Below are positions 31,327-40,911 of a stretch of DNA of 64,000 bases, piece after piece. The notes beneath the pieces were generated by a model, which was not told the origin of the DNA, ran no database searches, and saw nothing but the letters and a program-made list of their open reading frames with translations. A program made the position numbers and the translations under genes. How positions within the stretch are numbered: position 1 is the first letter of the stretch; each line of letters opens with the position of its first letter. This stretch comes from an uncultured Actinomycetes bacterium (lineage in GTDB: Bacteria > Actinomycetota > Actinomycetes > Nanopelagicales > Nanopelagicaceae), in the NCBI GenBank assembly GCA_937888825.1, contig CALBFE010000106.1, positions 9,551-73,550 of the forward strand, read 5' to 3'.

Positions 31327-32413
31327 CCAAGAATTGCCAGTTGTAATCACGGCCATATCAGATGCCCAGTTCGAAGGCTTTGTTTCTGGAACTCTCTTTG
31401 CCCAGGGATGGAGTGTCGTTTTCAGGGCTATTGATACTGAAGCACTTGAGAGGTATTGCATTAGTAATCCAGAACAAGCTGCCTGCTCACTTCTTATCTA
31501 TTCGCCAGATCTACCAGGAATTACCAATGATGTAGTGGCGCACTTAACTACAAAAGTCAAACAAATAGTTGGATTTTCATCAAAAACTAACCCAGGGTTT
31601 GTAGACTTGCATCCAAATCCAGCAACTGCCACTGACCTTGTGAGTATTGTGCGAGGGTTTGTTCGCGCACCAATGTTGCGCCAAGTAAGTCAGGTAAGTC
31701 GCGCCAACCGCAAAGCTCACGTCATAGCAATTGGATCTGCAGGCAGTGACACAGGGTGCTCAACTATCGCCCTCAATCTGGCTATGGAGTTGAGCGTCTT
31801 AGGTAAATCAACGCTGCTTATAGATGCAAATTTTAGAGCACCATCTATTGCTGCCCTCATTGCAATTCGAAATGTACAGTCTGAGTCAGGATGGCGAACG
31901 ATTGCTCCTCAACTAGCAATTGCTGAGATTACTCAGCAAGAGGCTGGAACTATTGATCAGTTGATGGAGAGTGCAACGCAGAGTTTTGACAACATTGTTA
32001 TTGATTTGGGATCGATATCAGGTCTTTCTAATCGATTAACAGATAGGCGGTGGACATCAACTATGACCACTTGGAGTTGTGACCAGGGTGATGAGTTAAT
32101 GGTTATTGCTCGCCCAGATCTACTTGGAATTCATCGGTTAGAACAGGTTTGTGGCCTGCTTGAAAAAACTTCGATTAGATCTGCACTTAGCTTCACACTC
32201 AACATGCGATCTCAAGGTAAGAAAGGTGCTGATGAAGAAGCCCAATTCTTGGCAATTACTACACGATTGAGACCATTGTGTGTTCGAGTCATTAGCCGTG
32301 ATCTTCGGGCAGCATCCAAGGCCCTGGAGGAAAAATCCACACTCATAGAGGTCAATATGCGCTCTGCACTGCGTAAATCAATTGCAACAATGGCCAGTGA
32401 GCTCAAGCGCTAA
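31319..32413 (+). CDS. Receiver-like + MinD/CpaE-like P-loop protein with degenerate Walker A
   Basis: VIAIGSAGSDTGCST, LLIDAN, IVIDLG; overlaps SAF gene. Confidence 0.65.
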   Translation: MSSQELPVVITAISDAQFEGFVSGTLFAQGWSVVFRAIDTEALERYCISNPEQAACSLLIYSPDLPGITNDVVAHLTTKVKQIVGFSSKTNPGFVDLHPNPATATDLVSIVRGFVRAPMLRQVSQVSRANRKAHVIAIGSAGSDTGCSTIALNLAMELSVLGKSTLLIDANFRAPSIAALIAIRNVQSESGWRTIAPQLAIAEITQQEAGTIDQLMESATQSFDNIVIDLGSISGLSNRLTDRRWTSTMTTWSCDQGDELMVIARPDLLGIHRLEQVCGLLEKTSIRSALSFTLNMRSQGKKGADEEAQFLAITTRLRPLCVRVISRDLRAASKALEEKSTLIEVNMRSALRKSIATMASELKR

Positions 32414-32432
32414 CTTCTAATACTATTAAGGC

Positions 32433-32819
32433 ATGCGAGCCTATCTTCCAATATCTCATGATGAGCTTGTGGCCTTCCTCAATTCTGGAAGTAAAATCCT
32501 TGAATCAATTTTGGCCCCGACACCTTTTTATGTCGGTGAAAATGAAGATTTAGATGATGAAGAGATTGAATATCTCTTATCTCTTGAGGCAGCACAAGCC
32601 GCTATTGAACTGCGTTCATCAGATAAAGCACCTGGAATTGTTTTGGCTATTGAGTTAGAAGACAAGCAGATAAATACAGTCAATGAAAATTCAGTCACCT
32701 TAAACTCGCCAATCACATGGGAACAAGTTCAATGTGCACTCCTTCTCTTTCCTGATGAAGAAGAACTTATCTGGTTTGCAACCCAAGAAATTGGAATAAA
32801 CTTAGGGGAGTGGAAGTAA
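32433..32819 (+). CDS. DUF6912-like protein
   Basis: MRAYLP..., C-terminal 'ELIWFATQEI'; usual position before pdtaS. Confidence 0.65.
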   Translation: MRAYLPISHDELVAFLNSGSKILESILAPTPFYVGENEDLDDEEIEYLLSLEAAQAAIELRSSDKAPGIVLAIELEDKQINTVNENSVTLNSPITWEQVQCALLLFPDEEELIWFATQEIGINLGEWK

Positions 32820-32820
32820 C

Positions 32821-34290
32821 ATGCCCCAGTTTGAGACATTAATCCATAGCCGCAGCTCGGTAACAATTGATCAGGCCCAAAAGCTGCGTGAACTGGTTGC
32901 TGATTGGCAATTGCTCGCAGACCTCTCTTTTGCAGATCTGATTCTTTGGGTTCCTATTCGAAAAGATATGAAGATGTGGCCAACGGGACATGTGGCTGTG
33001 GCACATATTCGTCCAACAACTGCGGCAACGGTTTTCACTAATGATGTAATTGGTGATGAAGTAATGTGGGGGAGCCGTCCAAGAATTGATTCTGCGCTAT
33101 CAAGTGCTGAGATAGTTCGCGATTCAGAGGCTGAACAAGTCGGCGAACTAATGATTAAAGAAGAAGCAGTTCCTGTTCTTTTTGATGGTCAAGTTATAGC
33201 CGTTATTACTCGACTCCGCAATGCCGATTTAATGCGCTCACCTAGTCGCCTTGAATTAAATTATCGCGAGATTGCGCACAGCCTTTATCGAATGGTGGCC
33301 CAAGGTTCGTTTCCTTACTCAGATGCGGGTTCACTTTTTGAGCCAGTACCACGTGTGGGAGATGGCCTGATTCGCCTGGATGTGAATGGTGTTATTTCAT
33401 ATGCAAGTCCCAATGCTCGATCTGCATTTAGCCGAATGGGATGGAAAAGTGAGATTGAAAATAACAAATTAGGAGAAGTCGCCGAAGCAGTAGCTAAAAA
33501 TTCTCCCAATCCCCATGAAGAAGGAATTCGCACACGTCTTAATGGAAAGACATTGCGACGCGTTGATATTGATAATCAGGGAGCAACTATTGACCTGCTA
33601 GTGCTTCCATTGTTGCAAGGGGAAGATCGAATCGGTGCCATAGTTTTATTGCAAAATGTGACCGAACTTCGCAGACGAGACAGGGCCCTTGTTACCAAGG
33701 ACGCAACTATTCGGGAAATCCACCACCGTGTTAAAAACAACCTTCAGACTGTTTCAGCCCTTCTTCGCTTGCAAGCTCGCAGAATCGAAGATCCAAGTGC
33801 GTCTTCGGCCCTTAATGAAGCAGTACGTCGCATTGCCTCCATTGCACTTGTTCATGACACGCTTTCAACAAGTAGTGAAAACACAGTTGCCTTTGATGAA
33901 GTTCTTACAAGTTTGATAACTCATGCACTTGAACTAAGTCCTCGAATGGGAGAGTTGCGAATTGAGAGAAAAGGTGAACTTGGATCACTTGAGTCTAGGC
34001 TTGCAACTCCGCTCTCACTTGTTGTCACAGAGTTAATGCACAACGCACTAGAACATGGCTTGGCCGAGCAAGGCTCTGTTCTCTCGATTGAATTATCTCG
34101 ATATAACAATGAGTGTGTTATCAACATAACCGATGATGGAGTTGGCTTACCTGAAGATTTTGACTTAGCAACATCTTCAAATCTAGGACTTCAGATTGTT
34201 AGAACGTTGACAGAAAATGAACTCAAAGGTGTGTTGAAATTAGAATCTACTGATTCAGGCACGCAAGCAAACTTGCGCTTCCCACTTTAG
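32821..34290 (+). CDS. pdtaS: PdtaS-like cytoplasmic GAF/PAS sensor kinase
   Basis: WQLLADLSFADL, REIHHRVKNNLQ, ELMHNALEHG, SSNLGLQIV; adjacent to whiB1. Confidence 0.88.
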   Translation: MPQFETLIHSRSSVTIDQAQKLRELVADWQLLADLSFADLILWVPIRKDMKMWPTGHVAVAHIRPTTAATVFTNDVIGDEVMWGSRPRIDSALSSAEIVRDSEAEQVGELMIKEEAVPVLFDGQVIAVITRLRNADLMRSPSRLELNYREIAHSLYRMVAQGSFPYSDAGSLFEPVPRVGDGLIRLDVNGVISYASPNARSAFSRMGWKSEIENNKLGEVAEAVAKNSPNPHEEGIRTRLNGKTLRRVDIDNQGATIDLLVLPLLQGEDRIGAIVLLQNVTELRRRDRALVTKDATIREIHHRVKNNLQTVSALLRLQARRIEDPSASSALNEAVRRIASIALVHDTLSTSSENTVAFDEVLTSLITHALELSPRMGELRIERKGELGSLESRLATPLSLVVTELMHNALEHGLAEQGSVLSIELSRYNNECVINITDDGVGLPEDFDLATSSNLGLQIVRTLTENELKGVLKLESTDSGTQANLRFPL

Positions 34291-34556
34291 AATTGGTTTT
34301 GCTGCTCCATTAAACGCGCACGATTACGTGCAGCTCTACGCTTAAGTGCACGACGTTCATCTTCTGAAAGCCCGCCCCAAACTCCAGCATCTTGTCCGCT
34401 CTCTAGCGCCCAAGCAAGACATGGTTCTTTAACGATGCAACGGTTACAAACCTTTTTAGCTTCTTCAATTTGAGTAATTGCAGGTCCAGTATTTCCAACT
34501 GGGAAGAAAAGCTCAGGATCTTCATCACGGCAGGCTGATTGATGTCGCCAATCCAT
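34287..34556 (-). CDS. whiB1: WhiB1/WblE transcription factor
   Basis: MDWRHQSACRDEDPELFFPVGNTGPA..GVWGGLSEDERRALKRR. Confidence 0.95.
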   Translation of the reverse strand: MDWRHQSACRDEDPELFFPVGNTGPAITQIEEAKKVCNRCIVKEPCLAWALESGQDAGVWGGLSEDERRALKRRAARNRARLMEQQNQF

Positions 34557-34728
34557 GGGATGCCCCCTTCATATAAAAGATTTAGGCATACCCAAATCAC
34601 GTAAATTCTTTCGGTGGATATACGCACATCGATGTGGCGCAAGAAGGTCATTCTCCCTTGTCAGGCAGTGATAAACAAGGATGAATCGAAAAAGATTGAG
34701 AAAATTAGGGTGATATGCGTCAAGTGAG

Positions 34729-34800
34729 TGCCCCCGACAGGAATCGAACCTGTGCACCCGCCTCCGGAGGGCGGTGCTCTATCCCCTGAGCTACGGGGGC
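34729..34800 (-). tRNA. tRNA-Arg (CCG)
   Basis: GCCCCCG-TAGCTCAGGGGATAGAGC-A-CCGCC CT CCG GA GGCGG-GTGC-ACAGG TTCGATT CCTGT-CGGGGGC-A; CCA not encoded. Confidence 0.97.
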
Positions 34801-34863
34801 TCATGAGCATGCCTAGGTTATCAGCGGGTGCAGTTATCTCGCGATACTGTCAGAATGAGCGCT

Positions 34864-35391
34864 ATGAGTTCAATTGCATATTTTGCAACAGGTTGCTTTT
34901 GGGGTGCTGAGCGCCGTTTTTGGCAGATGGATGGCGTGAAAGAAACTTCTGTTGGATACATGGGTGGCACAGGAGCAAACCCATCATATGAACAAGTGTG
35001 CACCGGTGTTACTGGTCATGCTGAAATGGTTGCAATTACATTCGAAGAGTCACAAGTGAGTTATCAGAGATTGCTGGAAGAGTTTTGGACAATGCATGAT
35101 CCAACCTCTTTAAATCAACAAGGTGGAGATATCGGAACGCAGTACCGAAGCGCTATCTTCACAACTACTCCTGAGCAATATATGACTGCAGTAGATTCTC
35201 GAAATGCTTATCAAAACGTTTTGACTTCTGCAGGCTTAGATGAGATTGTCACTGAGATTAAGAGCGCTGAAGGAATTGAGTACTTCTTAGCTGAGGAATA
35301 TCACCAAAAGTATTTGCAGAAAAACCCCAACGGATATGACTGCCACTCCAGCACAGGGGTTGCCTATCCCAGTGCAGGAATTAATGCATGA
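34864..35391 (+). CDS. msrA: Peptide methionine sulfoxide reductase A
   Basis: GCFWG, GYMGG, YEQVCTG.TGHAE, DIGTQYRS, AEEYHQKY; start could also be 34855. Confidence 0.95.
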   Translation: MSSIAYFATGCFWGAERRFWQMDGVKETSVGYMGGTGANPSYEQVCTGVTGHAEMVAITFEESQVSYQRLLEEFWTMHDPTSLNQQGGDIGTQYRSAIFTTTPEQYMTAVDSRNAYQNVLTSAGLDEIVTEIKSAEGIEYFLAEEYHQKYLQKNPNGYDCHSSTGVAYPSAGINA

Positions 35392-35801
35392 GCGAGAAAA
35401 ATTATCCTATTTCAATAGATGAAGCAGCCCTTAAGGACAAGCTAGATTCACTTTCCTATGATGTACTGCGAAACGCTGCAACTGAGCGACCATTTACTGG
35501 TGAATACACCGACACCGACAAGGTGGGTGTCTATAAGTGCAAAGCGTGTAGTGCCCAACTTTTCCGCAGTGAAACAAAGTTTCACTCAGGGTGCGGGTGG
35601 CCTTCTTTCTATGCGCCAACCGCTGATGATGCAGTCGAGCTCATTGAAGATCGTTCATTATTTCCACGAGTGCGAACTGAAGTCAGATGCGCAGCCTGTG
35701 GTTCACACCTAGGCCATATCTTTAAAGGTGAGGGTTATGACGTTCCAACAGATGAGCGCTGGTGTATTAACTCAGTCTCATTGATCCTTGAGGATATTTA
35801 G
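35388..35801 (+). CDS. msrB: Methionine-R-sulfoxide reductase B
   Basis: TERPFTGEY, CKAC, KFHSGCGWPSF, HLGH.F, RWCINS. Confidence 0.95.
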   Translation: MSEKNYPISIDEAALKDKLDSLSYDVLRNAATERPFTGEYTDTDKVGVYKCKACSAQLFRSETKFHSGCGWPSFYAPTADDAVELIEDRSLFPRVRTEVRCAACGSHLGHIFKGEGYDVPTDERWCINSVSLILEDI

Positions 35802-36442
35802 TAGTCCAAGCCCCGGCTTTCATGGACTGCCTGATAGCAGTACCACGCAACAACACTTCGATATGGATGTAATTTTTCACCCTTGAGATCTAAAGCTTTA
35901 GCCACAGTTTCTTCTTTGTTTTTATGGATGATGTCCCAACCTCGGCGCACCGCTAAGTCTCCTGTAGGCCACACATCTAAGCGCCCCAATTGAAACATCA
36001 TGAACATCTCAACAGTCCAACGGCCAATACCCCATAGAGAAGTTAATTTGTCATAGATCTCTTGGTCATTATGGATTTCATCAATGGAATCTATAGGAAT
36101 TGTTTTATCAACAACTGCGCTAGCTAACCCCTTTATTGTGCGGGCTTTTGCACCTGAAACACCTATTTCTCGCAAGGAAACGTCATCGAGTGTGATTAAC
36201 TTCTTAGCGTTAATCGTTCCCTTACACAGATCAACCAAGCGCCCATGAATTGTCTCTGCGGCCTTTACGGCTAACTGCTGAGAGATAACTGAACTTACTA
36301 AGGATTCAAAATGAGACTGCTTTGGAAGGTTGCGACCAATTGTGCACAGCGGTCGGTGATCAATCAGTGGTGCAAACTTGCGATCCATCTCTGCGACTTC
36401 TGCAACAATGCGTCGCATTTTTTGCGCAGAGTGGACCGTCAT
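35798..36442 (-). CDS. DNA-3-methyladenine glycosylase II (AlkA-like, HhH-GPD)
   Basis: SVISQQLA, LWGIGRWTVEMF, WP.GDLAV, PYRS. Confidence 0.85.
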   Translation of the reverse strand: MTVHSAQKMRRIVAEVAEMDRKFAPLIDHRPLCTIGRNLPKQSHFESLVSSVISQQLAVKAAETIHGRLVDLCKGTINAKKLITLDDVSLREIGVSGAKARTIKGLASAVVDKTIPIDSIDEIHNDQEIYDKLTSLWGIGRWTVEMFMMFQLGRLDVWPTGDLAVRRGWDIIHKNKEETVAKALDLKGEKLHPYRSVVAWYCYQAVHESRGLDY

Positions 36443-36445
36443 AAA

Positions 36446-37039
36446 TTAGAGGGAGAAACGTGGATATTCGTCGGTAACCATGATGAGTGCATAACCGACA
36501 ATACGGTTCCAATAGGCAATAGTTCCCACTACACCTTCTGCACACCACTCAGGGTAATTACCAGTAAGGACAACACTTACCCAAGCAAAGATTGTGAGGA
36601 AGAAGGCATAGATGGCATAAATGAAACCAACTACATAAAGAGGAATTGCTAAGAACCACTTCACAAGAGGCAGGTATCGGTTAAGGGATTTTGGATCTAC
36701 TTCTGGGAAAGTCACACTCACAACATCATTTTCTTCCAATGAAGGATATTCATCAGTAAGTACGAGCAGATATGCATCAACACGCGATGAGAGAGAAAGG
36801 AAGGCTTCATTGAAAGCTAACAAATATGATGGGTATGCCTGGCGGAAAACTATGGACAGAGCTACGGGCAGAACAAAAAATCCTGCTACCCATGACATGT
36901 TGCCAGAATCAAATTGTTGCGGTGCAAATGATGCGACAAAGATAGCCATTGGAAGGATAAGGATGATGCGAAATAGTGCGGTGAGGCGATTTCGTTCTGT
37001 CAGGGACACATCAATCTGGGTTTCGATTTGATTACTCAT
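36446..37039 (-). CDS. DUF4389 membrane protein
   Basis: Two repeats ending 'LTDEYPS' and 'VTDEYPRF'; RNRLT..FR.IL..P. Confidence 0.8.
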   Translation of the reverse strand: MSNQIETQIDVSLTERNRLTALFRIILILPMAIFVASFAPQQFDSGNMSWVAGFFVLPVALSIVFRQAYPSYLLAFNEAFLSLSSRVDAYLLVLTDEYPSLEENDVVSVTFPEVDPKSLNRYLPLVKWFLAIPLYVVGFIYAIYAFFLTIFAWVSVVLTGNYPEWCAEGVVGTIAYWNRIVGYALIMVTDEYPRFSL

Positions 37040-37157
37040 AACCACCAATTTAGCGCTAATTTGATTCAAACTATTGCCATTTGCAGTGCTGATGCCCTAG
37101 TTTGCAGTCTCTTGCGGAATTATTTGCAGGTTTTTACAGTGTGTGTGGGGGCGCTCA

Positions 37158-38171
37158 ATGGCTGGAATTAAGGAAGTTGCAGAGGAAGCCGGAGTCTCCA
37201 CGGCAACTGTTTCACGAGCCCTTCGCGGCCTTCACCATGTAAATGACTCCACTCGATTAAAGATTATTGCAGCTGCCGAGAAATTAAACTATCCGCTCAC
37301 ACCTATCAAGGGTAATACCGCCTTTGGACGAACAAATAGCGTTGGAGTTGTCGCACCTTATATTTCACGCTGGTATTTCTCACAAGTAATTAGCGGAGCC
37401 GAGCAAGCATTACGCGAAGCAGGTCTAGATCTTCTTCTCTATAACTTCAGTCAAATGAAAGGCCGAGAAAGGTTATTTCAACACCAGTTACTCAAGGGCC
37501 GTGTTGACGCACTCATTGTTATCAGCTTGCCACCAACAGCTGAGGAATTTGATTCCATGCTTAGCCTTGGTATTCCAATTGCCTTGATTGGTATGGAGCA
37601 TGAAAAATGTGCTTCTGTAAAAATTGATGATATTGCGGGTTCTCGTTCTGCAACTCAACATTTAGTCAATCAAGGACATAAGAAAATCGGATTAATGTCA
37701 GGGCGTCCTGATGATCCATTTAATTTCAGCGTTCCACAAGATCGCCGCAAAGGTTTCATGCAAGTGTTAGCAGAAAACGGCCTGGAGTGGTTACCTCAGC
37801 GTGAAGTCCATGGTGATTTCACAATGCATACTGCTGCCCGCGCAATGGATGATTTATTAGCTCGCCCTAACCGACCAACAGCCATTTTTTGTGAATCTGA
37901 TGAGATGGCCATGGGGGCTATGCAAGCACTACGTCGACATGGATTAAAAGCTCCAGATGATATTTCTATTGTTGGTTTTGATGGCCATGAGATGGCAGAG
38001 TTTTCAGAGCTCACAACTATTGAACAACCCGTGCAACTCATGGGTGAAATGGCGGCCTGGTCGATTATGGAGAGATTGCGCAAACCAAATATTGATCCAC
38101 CTTCACTCGTACTGCCAACAACATTGGTCGTGCGAAATTCAACGCGTCGAATTAGCCCGAAAGAGGCTTAG
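37158..38171 (+). CDS. LacI family regulator
   Basis: IKEVAEEAGVSTATVSRAL HTH; PDDISIVGFD. Confidence 0.93.
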   Translation: MAGIKEVAEEAGVSTATVSRALRGLHHVNDSTRLKIIAAAEKLNYPLTPIKGNTAFGRTNSVGVVAPYISRWYFSQVISGAEQALREAGLDLLLYNFSQMKGRERLFQHQLLKGRVDALIVISLPPTAEEFDSMLSLGIPIALIGMEHEKCASVKIDDIAGSRSATQHLVNQGHKKIGLMSGRPDDPFNFSVPQDRRKGFMQVLAENGLEWLPQREVHGDFTMHTAARAMDDLLARPNRPTAIFCESDEMAMGAMQALRRHGLKAPDDISIVGFDGHEMAEFSELTTIEQPVQLMGEMAAWSIMERLRKPNIDPPSLVLPTTLVVRNSTRRISPKEA

Positions 38172-38184
38172 TTATAGCCTCTTT
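38160..38184. terminator. Probable intrinsic terminator after lacI-type gene
   Basis: Perfect 9-bp stem AAAGAGGCT / AGCCTCTTT with a 7-nt loop spanning the stop codon. Confidence 0.55.
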
Positions 38185-38218
38185 CACTAAATGAGTGGGG
38201 CAGGGTAACCTTGCCGTC

Positions 38219-39388
38219 ATGTCTGATAACAAAGTTATTGCGCCTGCGCTTAGTGAACTTCTTACCCGTAGCTCTGAGAAATGGCGAGGATTTGCAGCAG
38301 ATGTTCTGCCTTTGCCAGTTATGGAGATGGACTTTCCAATAGCTCAGCCAATTCGTGATGTTTTACTTGAGATGGTGACGAGCTCAGATCTTGGGTATTT
38401 AGGCCCAGTTCCTGAGTTAGCTGACGGCTTTGCAGAATTTTGCGCCAAGCGTTGGGGCTGGGAAATAGATAAGTCACAGGTAAGAATTGCAGCAGATGTT
38501 GGAGTTGGCTGCGTTGAGGTTTTGCGCGTCTTTACAGCGCCAGGTGATCGCATACTCATTAACTCACCGGTGTATCAAAACTTCTATAATTGGATAGATG
38601 AAGTTAAGTTAGAAAAAGTGGATATTCCATTTGTGAACTCCGGTTCCCAAAACGATGATGTTAATCCTTGGAGCTTAGATCTAGATGAAGTTGAAAAAGC
38701 ATATGCCTCCGGTATAAAAGTTCATCTTCTGTGTTCTCCCCACAATCCGTTGGGTCGAATTTATTCACGTGCAGAGCTGACTCGAATTGCAGATATGGCC
38801 AAAAAATATGGTGTCATCGTAATCAGCGATGAGATTCATTCACCTTTAGTCTTTAAATCACATGAGTTTGTCCCATTCTTGGCCATAAGCGAAACTGCAC
38901 GAGAAGTGGGTGTTGCTCTAAATTCTGCCTCTAAAGGCTGGAATATTGCCGGACTAAAATCAGCTTTAATTATTTCGCAAAATGATGCCATTGATGAAGT
39001 TCTAAAATTAATGCCGCCAGCTGTTAAATTTCGATCTTCAATTCTTGGTGCATTTGCATCTGCAGCAGCTTTCAAAGATGGTGGAGTCTGGCTGGATTCA
39101 GTCATTAATACATTGGAAGAGAATTCTTTGATGGTGCGCGATCTGCTCAGCGCCAAACTTCCTTCAGTTAAGACACATTTGCCACAGTCCAGCTACGTTG
39201 CTTGGCTGGATTTAAGCGCACTTAATCTAGGTGAGAACCCTGCTCAAACTCTATTAGAGCGCGGCAAGGTTGCCTTTAACGCTGGACATTTATACGGGGC
39301 ACAAAGCTCACAGTTCGTGCGTTTAAATTATGCGACTAGCCCAACAATTCTGACGGAGGCAATAGATCGAATTGTGAAATCTTTATAG
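38219..39388 (+). CDS. MalY/PatB PLP-dependent C-S lyase
   Basis: KW....DVLPLPVMEMDF, LCSPHNPLG, ISDEIH, SASKGWNIAGLK. Confidence 0.88.
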   Translation: MSDNKVIAPALSELLTRSSEKWRGFAADVLPLPVMEMDFPIAQPIRDVLLEMVTSSDLGYLGPVPELADGFAEFCAKRWGWEIDKSQVRIAADVGVGCVEVLRVFTAPGDRILINSPVYQNFYNWIDEVKLEKVDIPFVNSGSQNDDVNPWSLDLDEVEKAYASGIKVHLLCSPHNPLGRIYSRAELTRIADMAKKYGVIVISDEIHSPLVFKSHEFVPFLAISETAREVGVALNSASKGWNIAGLKSALIISQNDAIDEVLKLMPPAVKFRSSILGAFASAAAFKDGGVWLDSVINTLEENSLMVRDLLSAKLPSVKTHLPQSSYVAWLDLSALNLGENPAQTLLERGKVAFNAGHLYGAQSSQFVRLNYATSPTILTEAIDRIVKSL

Positions 39389-40902
39389 TGACAAACTATG
39401 ACGTTGCAATTATTGGTGGCGGCCATAACGGCCTTGTTGCAGCAACATATTTAGCTAAAGCCGGTAAATCGGTAGTTATTCTTGAGGCTAATGCAGAAGT
39501 AGGCGGTGCAACGACGAGTGTTCGAGCATTTCCCCAATACGATGCCATGCTCTCTCGTTACTCGTATTTGATTTCACTACTGCCAGATCAGATTGCGAGT
39601 GATCTAGACTTAAATTTTGAACGCATTTCACGTACTGTTTCTAGTTACACGCCTTACTCTCGAAATGGCAAGGATTCAGGGCTGTATGTGGCGCGTGAAT
39701 GGGATAAAGAAACTGAAAATTCTTTCAATGAATTAGATCCAACTGGTGCAGAGTGGGCAGCCTGGCAGGATTTTTATAATGAAATTGCAGAGTTCGCCGT
39801 CAAAATTGCTCCCTCTATGCTTCACCCGTTAAAGAACCGTAGTGAGTTAAAAGCAGAGATCAATATGCCAGAAGTGTGGGATTACTTGATGGAGCGCCCA
39901 ATCGGTGAAGTAATTGAGGCGCGCTTTAAAGATGATTTAGTTCGTGGAGTAATTCTAACCGATGCTCTGATTGGAACATTTTCTTCAGCACATGAAATGC
40001 AAGCAAACATCTGCTTCTTGTATCACTTAATTGGAAATGGTACCGGTGAGTGGAAAGTTCCAAGGGGTGGAATGGGAGCCTTGGTTAAAGAGTTAGTACG
40101 TGTTGCAACTGCGGCTGGTGTGGAGATTAAAGTTAATTCAAGAGTTTCATCAGTTAGTACAACTGCTGATAATGCAACTCTTACACTTGCAGATGGCACA
40201 TCAATTAACTCTAGTTATATTTTAAGTAATGCTGCTCCACAAGTTTTAGCTCGACTTCGAGGAAAAACTCCACCTGCCAGTCTTGAAGGCTCGCAGATGA
40301 AGATTAATATTTTACTGAAGTCCTTACCTCAATTAAAATCTGGAATAGATCCACGATTGGCTTTTGCCGGAACATTTCACGCCTATGAATCTTTTGCCGA
40401 GTGTGAATCAACTTATCTGGATGCAAAAGCTGGAAATATGCCAGGAATGCTTCCTATTGAAATGTACTGTCACACGCTCACTGATCCATCCATTCTTAGT
40501 ACCGAGCTGCAAGAAGCGGGATATCAAACTCTTACACTCTTTGGTTTACACACCCCAGCTGCCCTCTTTGATGCTGACAATGAAGGCGCAAAAGCTGCAG
40601 CACTCAAAGCTGCACTAGCTTCACTTAACCAATATTTAGTTGAGCCAATTGAAAATGTCATTGCTGCTATTGAAGTTAAGTCTCCTTTAGATATTGAGGG
40701 CGATGTCGGTCTGCCTCGCGGCAATATCTTCCATAAGGATTTGAGTTTTCCTTTCCGTGAAGATAACCAGGAAATGCGCTGGGGCGTGGAAACCGATGAT
40801 CCCCGCATCTTTATCTGCGGAGCAGGAGCAATTCGTGGTGGAGGCGTAAGCGGTATTCCCGGCCACAACGCTGCAATGGCAGTGCTGGAAGCATCAGCAT
40901 AG
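39388..40902 (+). CDS. FAD-dependent oxidoreductase, phytoene-dehydrogenase superfamily
   Basis: IGGGHNGLVAA, PRGGMG, GNIFH, GGGVSGIPGHNAA. Confidence 0.85.
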   Translation: MTNYDVAIIGGGHNGLVAATYLAKAGKSVVILEANAEVGGATTSVRAFPQYDAMLSRYSYLISLLPDQIASDLDLNFERISRTVSSYTPYSRNGKDSGLYVAREWDKETENSFNELDPTGAEWAAWQDFYNEIAEFAVKIAPSMLHPLKNRSELKAEINMPEVWDYLMERPIGEVIEARFKDDLVRGVILTDALIGTFSSAHEMQANICFLYHLIGNGTGEWKVPRGGMGALVKELVRVATAAGVEIKVNSRVSSVSTTADNATLTLADGTSINSSYILSNAAPQVLARLRGKTPPASLEGSQMKINILLKSLPQLKSGIDPRLAFAGTFHAYESFAECESTYLDAKAGNMPGMLPIEMYCHTLTDPSILSTELQEAGYQTLTLFGLHTPAALFDADNEGAKAAALKAALASLNQYLVEPIENVIAAIEVKSPLDIEGDVGLPRGNIFHKDLSFPFREDNQEMRWGVETDDPRIFICGAGAIRGGGVSGIPGHNAAMAVLEASA

Positions 40903-40911
40903 GATGAGCAG

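Noticed and set aside
39388-40902. Phytoene-dehydrogenase-like gene as crtI for retinal/actinorhodopsin supply
   Set aside because: No crtB/crtE/crtY/blh neighbours; the motifs fit the broader uncharacterised FAD oxidoreductase group
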